From: Bacteroidota bacterium
Lineage (GTDB): Bacteria > Bacteroidota > Bacteroidia > Cytophagales > Cyclobacteriaceae
Direction: 5' to 3'
NCBI GenBank assembly: GCA_016866385.1
Contig: VGMU01000006.1
Span: 9,750-73,749 of the forward strand
Length of the DNA: 64,000 nucleotides
Positions 30,774-39,443 of the stretch are shown one piece after another. Below the pieces are notes generated by a model. It was not told where the DNA came from, did no database searches, and was given only the letters and a program-made list of their open reading frames with translations. The stretch's first letter is position 1; every line of letters begins with the position of its first letter. The position numbers and the translations under genes were made by a program.

Positions 30774-33700
30774 CTAGTTTTTCTCCAAAGGATGCGCTTT
30801 CAACAGTTCTTGAGGGCTCCAAAATCCTTTTTTTTCCTTGACTTCATCCCGCACTATTTTCACCAAATCAGGAGGGATAGGGGAGGCTTTGTTGCCGAAG
30901 GAATTGCGCACGTAGGTGAGCACAGCCGCCACCTCGGTATCATTGAGCATGCCTTCGTGCGGGGTCATCGGTACCTGCCCCGAATAGCTTCTTCCTGCCA
31001 CTTCCATGGGACCCATCAGCCCTTTGAGTACCAATTTGATGAGTCGTTCTGGGCTACCAGTGACCCAGGGAGTACCGCGTAGCGGAGGGAATTCAGAGGC
31101 AGTCAAGCCTCCTCCATCGGGCTGATGGCAGGTGCTACACAATCCTTCTCGCGCATAGATTTCCTTCCCTAGCACGAAGAGTTCTCGATCGGATCCAGTC
31201 AGCGAGGATTTGACATCTTCCTCCTTTTTCTGGGCTACGGATAGCCCGTTGAGGTGGGCAATGGCTGTTTCCAGAGTACCAGGAATCCAGGTAGCATCCT
31301 TGTCTTGCTTTTGGGCTTGGGCAAGAATCGGCACCCCTTGCGCAGGAGGTAGCCAAGACGCTGCCGCAATCCCTTCCATTTTGACGCGCCCATGGGGATC
31401 TTGTACCGCTTGGGTCAGCAAATGGGCTTGATCAGGAATCTGATGACCCGAATAGCGCAGTACTCGTGTGGCAGCCGCGCGTACCTTGTAATTGGTGGAG
31501 GCAAGTAATTCTTTCAGCAGGGTAGCATTGACGCGATTGGCTCCCCAGGTGACCCAGAGGGCTTCCAAGCGCTGGTGCTCGTAATCTGGATCCATTTTAT
31601 CCAAGGTCTTCAGCCATTTTTCAACAGCTGTAGTCACTTCCGTTGCGTCTCGGCCTCTTAGCTCGCGACGGGTACGGTAGCGGCTTCGGTATTCGGGAAG
31701 TTTCAAGTTTTCCAATAGGACAGGAATGGATTCCCCATGGATTTTGGCAGGAGTTACCAAAGGTCTTGATGGGTAGGTCACTCGGTAAATCCGTCCATGC
31801 ACATGGTCTCGCAGGGGATCTCGTGCATTGTGTTGCATGTGTCCAATCAAGATATTGTGCCAATCCACAATGTAGAGGGATCCATCTGGGGCAGTTTCCA
31901 TGTCCACAGGTCTAAAATTTCGATCCGAGGATACCACGAGATCTTGCCGCCACTTGCTGGTAAAGCCGACGGTATCGTCCAGCATTTGGTGCTGCTTGGT
32001 GCCCAAAAATCCGATGGTATTGTTGATGATCAAATCGCCCTGCACCTCCTCTGGAAAATGGCGGCTGGAGATGAATTCCATGCCGGAAGTAGGCCGAACC
32101 ATGTGGTCTTTCTCAATCAGGTTGGGACCTTTGAAGTTGGCATTTCCATAGCGGGGTAGCGTGGAACCGGGAAGCATCCAGTTCACATTTGGGCCGGAAG
32201 TTTCTGCATAGAAATTTTGCCCCCAGTGGTCAAAAGCGATTCCCCAAGGGTTGGGAATGCTGACTTGATTGACTCGCTCCAACTTGTGCCGCTTGGGTTC
32301 GTAGCGGTAAAACCCTCCATTGGTAGCCCGAACAGGCCCGTAGGAGGTTTCCACATTGGTATGTAAAAATACCCCTTCTGCCATGTAAATGGCTCCACTT
32401 TCGTCTGCAGCAAAGGCAGAGATGGCATGGTGGGTATCGTGATCGTCAAATCCGGAAAGCAAGACCGTTTTCTTGTCTGCCTTGTCGTCTCCATTGGTGT
32501 CTTCAAGCAAAATCAAATTTGTCCCTTGGGACACATACACGCCTTCTGCGGCAATTTCAAAACCTACGGGAATGTGGAGCTTGTCTGCAAAGACGGTTTG
32601 CTTATCGGCCTTCCCATCTCCATTGGTATCTTCCAAGATGAGCAGTTTGTCTGAAGGGCGTGGATCTCCGGGTTTGTAATGGGGGTAACTGGGCATGGTC
32701 GCCACCCAGAGTCTACCCTTGTTGTCAAAGGAGAGTTGCACGGGGTTGGCTAGGTCTGGAAACTCTTTTTCAGAGGCAAAAAGTTCGATTTTGTAGCCTT
32801 CGGGCACCTTCATGGATTTGAGAGCATCTTCTCCATACAAATAGTTTAAGCTGCCATTGGCTTCGGGATTGTAATTGGTCTCCACTTCGGGCAAGGAGCG
32901 TGTCAAGGCGTCGGCAGCTTGGAGGTCTTTTGTTTTTCCTACATTCGCTTCCCAAATCGCCGTGTCCCGAATGGCGGTAAGCTGGCGAATTTTCTCCAAT
33001 TCAAAGGGGTAATTATCGGGGCCAAAGGGATCGTAGCGTCTTCCAAACACATGTACCCCGTTGGGGATTTTGTAGTCGTTGTGCCAAAACCAGTTTTTTT
33101 CCAACACGGCTTCCTCGATCAGGTCTCTGTTGGCTTCTGCTTTGGTGGAGGCTTCTCCAAAAATCTTATCTGCAAGGAGTACTGACAGCTTTTCATATCC
33201 TTCTTCGGTGAGTTGGCTTCCATCGATGGTCAGTAGTTCTTCGCTCGCTTGGTACCAACTTTTACTAGGAGTAAAAGCATCTACAAAAACTACCTGATGC
33301 TTTTTGGCGACCTCTTCCATGGCTTCGGTATAGCGCTGTAAATTTTCATTTTCCTTTTTTCCGTCAGGAACATCCTTCATGGAAGACAAATCCTCAAATG
33401 CAATGGGGGAGACCAAGGCGAGTTGTGGAGCCGCCTTTCCGTTGTAGCGCTGGGCTTTCGAATGCAAAATCCAAGCTTCCAATTCCTCTTTAAACACGGG
33501 GAGTTTTTCTTCCCCTTGGAAAGATTCATTGAATCCAAAAAAACCGATGACCACATCGGCTTGTAGGCGAGTCAACCACTGATCTGGTTTTTCTAAAAAA
33601 CCCTCAGAACCGGAGGGTGTAGCGTATTCATCTTGGTACTGTTCGGCTCCAGGAAAAGCCCAGGGATCGTTGGTACCTGAGCGAGGTCGAAATCCAGGGG

Positions 33701-33932
33701 TATCTCCAGGATCGCAGAGGTTGCGAATCAGGAGGGTGCTATCGGGGTATCGGAGGTGCAGTTCTGTTTCCAAACCTCCGAATTCCATCATCCGAGATCC
33801 TAAATTATTACCTACAAGTGCGATACTAGTACCCTTGGCAAGTTGCAAGGTGGGTCCGGTAGTGCAACTAAAAAGTGAGAAAAGAGCAATTAGGAGTAAG
33901 GGAGTGTAATGGAGATAGCGCATATTGATCAT
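30774..33932 (-). CDS. multidomain secreted protein: SGNH/GDSL-like N-domain, beta-propeller dehydrogenase-type domain, HEAT-like repeats and C-terminal c-type cytochrome
   Basis: 1052 aa with lipobox LFSC-T. N-terminal IALVGNNLGSRM and DVVIGFFGFNES segments resemble SGNH folds. DTNGDGKADK/DTNGDDKADK repeats, HEAT-like middle region, and CSTCH heme motif near the C-terminus. Confidence 0.75.
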   Translation of the reverse strand: MINMRYLHYTPLLLIALFSLFSCTTGPTLQLAKGTSIALVGNNLGSRMMEFGGLETELHLRYPDSTLLIRNLCDPGDTPGFRPRSGTNDPWAFPGAEQYQDEYATPSGSEGFLEKPDQWLTRLQADVVIGFFGFNESFQGEEKLPVFKEELEAWILHSKAQRYNGKAAPQLALVSPIAFEDLSSMKDVPDGKKENENLQRYTEAMEEVAKKHQVVFVDAFTPSKSWYQASEELLTIDGSQLTEEGYEKLSVLLADKIFGEASTKAEANRDLIEEAVLEKNWFWHNDYKIPNGVHVFGRRYDPFGPDNYPFELEKIRQLTAIRDTAIWEANVGKTKDLQAADALTRSLPEVETNYNPEANGSLNYLYGEDALKSMKVPEGYKIELFASEKEFPDLANPVQLSFDNKGRLWVATMPSYPHYKPGDPRPSDKLLILEDTNGDGKADKQTVFADKLHIPVGFEIAAEGVYVSQGTNLILLEDTNGDDKADKKTVLLSGFDDHDTHHAISAFAADESGAIYMAEGVFLHTNVETSYGPVRATNGGFYRYEPKRHKLERVNQVSIPNPWGIAFDHWGQNFYAETSGPNVNWMLPGSTLPRYGNANFKGPNLIEKDHMVRPTSGMEFISSRHFPEEVQGDLIINNTIGFLGTKQHQMLDDTVGFTSKWRQDLVVSSDRNFRPVDMETAPDGSLYIVDWHNILIGHMQHNARDPLRDHVHGRIYRVTYPSRPLVTPAKIHGESIPVLLENLKLPEYRSRYRTRRELRGRDATEVTTAVEKWLKTLDKMDPDYEHQRLEALWVTWGANRVNATLLKELLASTNYKVRAAATRVLRYSGHQIPDQAHLLTQAVQDPHGRVKMEGIAAASWLPPAQGVPILAQAQKQDKDATWIPGTLETAIAHLNGLSVAQKKEEDVKSSLTGSDRELFVLGKEIYAREGLCSTCHQPDGGGLTASEFPPLRGTPWVTGSPERLIKLVLKGLMGPMEVAGRSYSGQVPMTPHEGMLNDTEVAAVLTYVRNSFGNKASPIPPDLVKIVRDEVKEKKGFWSPQELLKAHPLEKN

Positions 33933-34278
33933 TCTGGGCTTGATATTTTACTTAATACTAAACAGAATGAACTCAATTGTCAATTTCTTTTCGCCAATTG
34001 TGCAAAAAATGAAAATTATATTTTGCGAATTGACCAATTAAAAAAGCTACTAAAAATCCTTTTAAACACATCAATTTTTTAATTGTAAACCCACTTGCGC
34101 TTTCAGGAATTAGAAATAGGGCTATACATTTGAGTTTTGGGTTATTTCAAATGACTCTTTGGGTGCCTTATAATGAAAGTTCGAAGAGGAAGAAGGGTGT
34201 GATTTTTATGGAGTAGATTTAATTCTGGGTTGCCTAAGTTAAAAAGCAGTAGTATAATTCAGTGAAAGCGGATCCAAC

Positions 34279-34839
34279 TTACACCAAAACTACCCGCAAA
34301 CTCTTAGCTCCTTGTGCTCCAATGACTAAGGACTGCTCAATGTCTGCGGTTTTGGAGGGGCCAGCAAGGAATAACCCAAAGCCGGAATGGGTCGCTGCTA
34401 TTTTCTCATAGCCCTGATGCATGGTGTCCTCAAGAAGGTTGCGATCGAGGACAATCACCAAGTGCTCGGTAGCAAAGGGGAGCGCACGAAGTCCAAGCTG
34501 GGTGTCCTCAAGCCAGATGGCACCATTTTCAGCTACCCCAAATTGCCCTTCTAGGATGGCTACTTCCAAGGTCTTCAAAGCATGTGGGTCTTCCGGCAAA
34601 GAAAGGGTAGCAAGCTCGGAGAACTGTGCCGAAAGAGAGATCACTTTAGAGAAACCCGCAGCCGAAAACCACTCTTCGAACTCGCCTTTGGATAGCACTT
34701 CGCCCTTGTTGCCGGAGATGGCCTGCGTAAATCGTTCCACCAAATCTCCTGAGTTGCTGAAATTAGGGATTTCGGGCAGCACTTTGGCTTCGAGGGTCAG
34801 GCTTCGAATAGCACTTAGGATTTTTTCTCTGCTGCTCAT
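34279..34839 (-). CDS. lutC: lactate utilization protein C (LUD domain)
   Basis: LUD/YkgG-like sequence. Met at 34839 forms an ATGA stop/start overlap with lutB; the track start at 34860 is GTG. Confidence 0.8.
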   Translation of the reverse strand: MSSREKILSAIRSLTLEAKVLPEIPNFSNSGDLVERFTQAISGNKGEVLSKGEFEEWFSAAGFSKVISLSAQFSELATLSLPEDPHALKTLEVAILEGQFGVAENGAIWLEDTQLGLRALPFATEHLVIVLDRNLLEDTMHQGYEKIAATHSGFGLFLAGPSKTADIEQSLVIGAQGAKSLRVVLV

Positions 34840-36194
34840 GACCTGTTTTTTCGATACCACTGTTGAAAAGATTCCTTAGGAGCATCTGGGAGGTTTCTAT
34901 TTTTCCCCCAGATATTCAAAGGATGATAAATCAAGCTATTCGGAAGGGATTTTAGCGCATTCCGCATCAGGCTTCCAGAAATTTTGTAGGCGAGTGGACT
35001 CTTGAATATTCCGTTGGCCAACTTCATGGATAGTCCTTTGGCGAAATCGCCCTGTGTTTTGGTCACCTCCTGTCTCCATTCGTACAGTTGCTCGTGAATA
35101 TTGATTTTCACTGGGCATACATCCGTGCAGCTGCCGCATAGCGTAGAGGCAAAGGGAAGGCTGCTGTGCTTCTTCAAATCTAGCCCTGGTGATAAAATAG
35201 AGCCAATGGGTCCTGGAACAGTGCTATTGTAACTGAATCCCCCACTTCGGCGATAGATGGGGCAGGTGTTCATGCAGGCTCCACAGCGGATGCATTTGAG
35301 GGAGTTTCTAAATTTCTCTCGTGCCAGCTGAGCGGTACGACCGTTGTCCACGAGGATGATGTGAATTTCTTTTCCTGGCGATGGATTTCTGAAATGAGAG
35401 TTGTAGTTGGTGATGGGCTGCCCAGTGGCTGATCTTGCCAGCAAGCGAAGAAATACCCCCAGGTCTTTCCGTCTAGGAAGGATTTTTTCGATGCCCATGC
35501 ATGCGATATGTACCTGAGCCAGGTGAACTCCCATATCCGCATTGCCCTCATTGGTGCACACCACAAATTCCCCAGTCTCCGCAATTCCAAAGTTGACCCC
35601 AGTGATAGCCACCTTGGCAGCAAAGAATTTTTCCCGCAGGTGAACTCGTGCAGCCTGCGTGAGGTAGGTAGGATCTTCATTGCCTTTTTCGGTATGCAGC
35701 TTCTCGTGAAAAAGTTCGGAAATCTCTCCTTTTTTCAGGTGAATTGCGGGTAAGACGATGTGGCTGGGGGGCTGTTTGAGAAACTGGACGATTCGCTCTC
35801 CAAGGTCGGTGTCTACCACCTCGACGCTGTGCTTTTCCAAGTAGGAATTGAGGTGGCACTCCTCTGTGAGGATGGACTTACTTTTGACGACTGCAGTGCA
35901 ATCTTGCTTTTGGAGGATTTCTAGTACCAGCTTGTTGTGTGCTTCACTGTCTGTTGCCCAATGGACAATGATTCCGTTTTTTGTGGCATTGCGTTCAAAT
36001 TCTTCCAAGTAGTCGGCAAGATTTGCAAGGACATTGTCCTTGATGCTGGAAGCCAACTCCCGTAATTGTTCCCATTCAGGGATGCCTTTGCTGACTTTGT
36101 CTCGCTTATCGCGAACAAACCAGAGCGTTTCATCGTGCCATTTTGCTTTTTGGCTATCCTTTAGAAATTCAGCTGCACTCTCCGGATGCGTCAT
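34836..36194 (-). CDS. lutB: lactate utilization protein B (4Fe-4S LUD-domain protein)
   Basis: Two ferredoxin-type motifs (CIRCGACMNTCP, CGSCTDVCP). Met at 36194 (MTHPESAAEFL) forms an ATGA overlap with lutA. The upstream 71-codon extension is Arg/His/Pro-rich and lies inside lutA. Confidence 0.85.
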   Translation of the reverse strand: MTHPESAAEFLKDSQKAKWHDETLWFVRDKRDKVSKGIPEWEQLRELASSIKDNVLANLADYLEEFERNATKNGIIVHWATDSEAHNKLVLEILQKQDCTAVVKSKSILTEECHLNSYLEKHSVEVVDTDLGERIVQFLKQPPSHIVLPAIHLKKGEISELFHEKLHTEKGNEDPTYLTQAARVHLREKFFAAKVAITGVNFGIAETGEFVVCTNEGNADMGVHLAQVHIACMGIEKILPRRKDLGVFLRLLARSATGQPITNYNSHFRNPSPGKEIHIILVDNGRTAQLAREKFRNSLKCIRCGACMNTCPIYRRSGGFSYNSTVPGPIGSILSPGLDLKKHSSLPFASTLCGSCTDVCPVKINIHEQLYEWRQEVTKTQGDFAKGLSMKLANGIFKSPLAYKISGSLMRNALKSLPNSLIYHPLNIWGKNRNLPDAPKESFQQWYRKNRS

Positions 36195-36949
36195 GACAGG
36201 GCCTGATTTAGGATTTCCGCAAGGTGAAGAAACTTCAACTCCTGCTTGGTTCGGGTGGCAATGCCTTGCAAATGCATGATGCAAGACATGTCTCCACCCG
36301 TAAGGATTTCGGTTTTGTGCTGCAGGTGATCCGCCAGCCTGTCTTTTCCCATTTGGATGGATAGCGCCTCTTCGGTGACGGCAAAAGTTCCCCCAAAGCC
36401 ACAGCATTCATCTGCTCTTTCGAGTTCCACCCATTCCAATCCGGCTAGATTTTCCAGGAGTTTTCGAGCCTTGTTAAAGGGAGGCTGGTTGAGTTCCGAT
36501 CCAGAAGAGAGGTGCAGCCCTCGCTGCCCGTGGCAGGAGGAGTGAAAGCCTACTCGGTGGGGAAATTTCCCTTCCAGCTTTTCTATTTTTAGCACATCGG
36601 TGATGAATTCGATGAGTTCATAAATTTTGTGCTCTAGGGCTTCTTGTTCTTTTTCTAGGCCAGCAATAGCAGGGAAGTGCTCCTTTACGTGGAGGGTGCA
36701 GCTTCCAGAAGGACAAACCACATAGTCAAAGTCTTGGAAGGTCTTGATAAAATGCCTTGCTGTGCCTACTGTTTCCTGTGCATACCCAGCATTGGCAAGC
36801 GGCTGTCCACAGCAGGTTTGACCCGAGGGGTAGGTCACCTGGCAACCTAATTTCTCCAATAACTCCAGCGTCGCTATGCCAACCTGCGGGTAGAACTGAT
36901 CTACGTAGCAGGGGATAAACAAGGCAACAGATGGGGAATTGGCTTTCAT
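36191..36949 (-). CDS. lutA: lactate utilization protein A ((Fe-S)-binding CCG-domain oxidoreductase)
   Basis: Two Cys-rich CCG-type repeats (TCCGQP..., ECCGFGG). Confidence 0.85.
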   Translation of the reverse strand: MKANSPSVALFIPCYVDQFYPQVGIATLELLEKLGCQVTYPSGQTCCGQPLANAGYAQETVGTARHFIKTFQDFDYVVCPSGSCTLHVKEHFPAIAGLEKEQEALEHKIYELIEFITDVLKIEKLEGKFPHRVGFHSSCHGQRGLHLSSGSELNQPPFNKARKLLENLAGLEWVELERADECCGFGGTFAVTEEALSIQMGKDRLADHLQHKTEILTGGDMSCIMHLQGIATRTKQELKFLHLAEILNQALS

Positions 36950-36958
36950 TGGGGTAAG

Positions 36959-38293
36959 TTAAGCGCTAGCGTTCATATTCACGAGCATTGCTGCTCCTAA
37001 AGCAGATCCATTTGGAAAATCACTCGGGATAAGTTTGATTCCTGAAAGTTTTTTGCGCAGCAGCTCCAGAAAAATAGGGTTGGCATTGAATCCTCCATCT
37101 ACAAAAATCCGATTTACGGGCGCGCCTTCCAAAACAAGCTTGATGGAGGCTGCCTGAATGCTGGTTAGCTCATGTAGAAAAGTGTAATAGGCTTCTTTAA
37201 ATTCAGAGAAACTACCCCAATCGCTGGAATCCCCATTTTCTATCCCGAAATTTTCTGGCTGGATGTAGTGGAAGCGAATTCTTTTTGTAGGCTGGCTGCT
37301 GACTTTTTGGTACCAACACTCTTCAAATTGAAGTTTCTTGTAGGTACCTAAGGGCAGGTTCCAAAAGGCATACATTTCTTCCACTTGGTACTTGTGTTCC
37401 TCCCCGATGAAAAGGCGTGAAATTTTAATGGGCTGCCCAGAACTACTCAAAAATTGGAGGCAATCTTGGGTCAGCTCCGATTCAGTAAGTGGAGTTTTGT
37501 TAAAAGGATTGATGCTAATCGCCCAAGTGCCTGTAGACAGCAGTGCAAAGGGTTCGGTTTCCCGCTTCAGGTAGGGTAGAAGAGCTGCCGAGGAGTCATG
37601 CACGCCGATTCCACAGGGGATTCCCCCTAGCTCAGACTTGGTTTTCAAAAGTGTATTTCCAGGTAATATGGCAGCTTGTAGCTGTTCAATCCCTTCACGT
37701 TTCACCCAAACATGGTAGTCCATCTTTGCAAAATCCCATAAGGCAGTGTGGCAACCAATACTACAATAGTCAGAAACAAATTGGCCGGTAAAAATCAGGC
37801 TCAGGTACTGCGGTAGGTGCAGGCTTCGATGGATTTTTTTATAAACTTCTGGCTTGGCATACTTAAGAAAATAGAGTTGCAGGCCTGAATTGAGCATGGC
37901 CAAAGGAGGGGAAGAAGTGTCCATGCAAAAGGTAAATTTCCCGCCGTTTTCGGTATAAAATTTTTCCAGAAGCTCTTCTGGAAAAGGCTTCAGGTAGTCG
38001 TACAAAGGGGCTACTGGCTCACCATCAAAGTCCGTATGAACAAAGGATGCCCCATGTCCTGAAAAATTAAGCCGCGTAATCTCAAATTCAGTCGAACTCA
38101 AGGCCTCATGAAATGTCTCTAGCATCCAGTCCCGAAGTGGCAGCACAGGTTCGCTCGGAAATCCGTCCTCATCAGGAATTGGATCTAATCGGGTGTAACT
38201 ATTAAACGCCTCCCTAAGATTCTGGTCAAAAAGAAAGAATTTCTTGTTGGTTTTCCCGATGTCGAATACGGCGGTTACTGGAATTTTTGACAT
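36959..38293 (-). CDS. FGGY-family carbohydrate kinase, probable rhamnulokinase
   Basis: N-terminal AVFDIGKTNKK ATPase motif and C-terminal VDGGFNANP motif. Substrate is inferred only from operon context. Confidence 0.65.
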   Translation of the reverse strand: MSKIPVTAVFDIGKTNKKFFLFDQNLREAFNSYTRLDPIPDEDGFPSEPVLPLRDWMLETFHEALSSTEFEITRLNFSGHGASFVHTDFDGEPVAPLYDYLKPFPEELLEKFYTENGGKFTFCMDTSSPPLAMLNSGLQLYFLKYAKPEVYKKIHRSLHLPQYLSLIFTGQFVSDYCSIGCHTALWDFAKMDYHVWVKREGIEQLQAAILPGNTLLKTKSELGGIPCGIGVHDSSAALLPYLKRETEPFALLSTGTWAISINPFNKTPLTESELTQDCLQFLSSSGQPIKISRLFIGEEHKYQVEEMYAFWNLPLGTYKKLQFEECWYQKVSSQPTKRIRFHYIQPENFGIENGDSSDWGSFSEFKEAYYTFLHELTSIQAASIKLVLEGAPVNRIFVDGGFNANPIFLELLRKKLSGIKLIPSDFPNGSALGAAMLVNMNASA

Positions 38294-38359
38294 AAGAATA
38301 ATAAAGTTTAATGGAAAAAAGGCTAGGTTTTTTTGGTGTTGTCGAGAGCGAGTACTTTT

Positions 38360-39397
38360 TTAAAGAGATTTTCTCAATGTCATTCTAAATGGGTTTTTGA
38401 CCGGTATTCGTTCGTCTATTCCTAAAATTTGATTAGCAATTGTTTTACCCATCTGCTCAAAATCTGTGGAAATAGTCGTGATCCCTTGGGCAAGAATTTC
38501 CTTCAAAGGAGTATCGTTATATGAAATAACACCCAATTCTCTTCCCAATTTTAACAATTGTTCTCGCGTTTTTTTTACCAAGGTTACCAAGTCGGATTCA
38601 GCTAAAACCACATAGCAATCGCCCGTTACCAAGGGTTCGTCATCCTCCAGGCCGTCTACAATTAAATTCTTAAAGTCATGGAAAAAACAAAAACGCTTAA
38701 ATCCATCCATAATCTCTACAGGGTAAAGCTCACCCTTAGGAAATACTAAAATTAACCTTTGATATTTTTTTAAATGCAAAATACCTGACTCAAGTGCCTC
38801 AAAAATATCTTTTACAAAATCCTGGTAAACTCCTGGAAATTCATTTTCAAAGCCCTTCACTGCACGATCGATAATTAACAGCTTTTCTTTAGGTATCTTT
38901 TTTATTAAATCATATGCATCTTCAGGATGCCCGTTTTGATTAAAGAAGTGTGGCGCAAGAACGTAGTGATTGTAATTCCCTAGATTTTGCTCCAATAATT
39001 CTTGAAGCAGATTTCTATTGTAATGGTGTATAAATAGGTCCACAGTAGCCTTAGAACCAAGGGTATTGATTATGGAATAATAAATCAGTTTTTTATAAGA
39101 GCTTAATTTATTGAAAAGGAGCACCACTCTCATTTTATGCTCCATTTTTGTTGAAGAAATATAAAATCCTTTTCCCCGTACAGAGGAAATTATTCCTCGG
39201 TCACGTAGTTCGTTGTATGCTTTTTCTACCGTATCTCGGGATAATAACAAATCGAAACTGGTCTCGTTTATAGAAGGAATTCGATCTCCTACTTTTAGTT
39301 TTCCTTTTTCAATATCCTCCAAGATCAGGTTGACCACCTGCAGGTACTTCGGGGTGGGTGAATCCTTTGATATTTTTTCAGATTTGTCCAAATGCAT
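38360..39397 (-). CDS. transcriptional regulator: GntR-type winged HTH fused to a LacI/PBP-type sugar-binding domain
   Basis: N-terminal PKYLQVVNLILEDIEKGKLKVGDRIPSINETS...SRDTVEKAYNELRDRGII is GntR-like. The remaining 270 aa resemble a periplasmic-binding-protein fold. Confidence 0.8.
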   Translation of the reverse strand: MHLDKSEKISKDSPTPKYLQVVNLILEDIEKGKLKVGDRIPSINETSFDLLLSRDTVEKAYNELRDRGIISSVRGKGFYISSTKMEHKMRVVLLFNKLSSYKKLIYYSIINTLGSKATVDLFIHHYNRNLLQELLEQNLGNYNHYVLAPHFFNQNGHPEDAYDLIKKIPKEKLLIIDRAVKGFENEFPGVYQDFVKDIFEALESGILHLKKYQRLILVFPKGELYPVEIMDGFKRFCFFHDFKNLIVDGLEDDEPLVTGDCYVVLAESDLVTLVKKTREQLLKLGRELGVISYNDTPLKEILAQGITTISTDFEQMGKTIANQILGIDERIPVKNPFRMTLRKSL

Positions 39398-39421
39398 ATC
39401 AATAAGAGATAATTAGAAAGT

Positions 39422-39431
39422 TAATCGATTA
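39422..39431. promoter_or_regulatory. perfect 10-bp palindrome TAATCGATTA just upstream of the regulator gene, nested in an 8-bp inverted repeat (39398-39405 / 39429-39436)
   Basis: Read directly from the sequence. A role as an operator is inference only. Confidence 0.3.
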
Positions 39432-39443
39432 TTGATAAACTAG

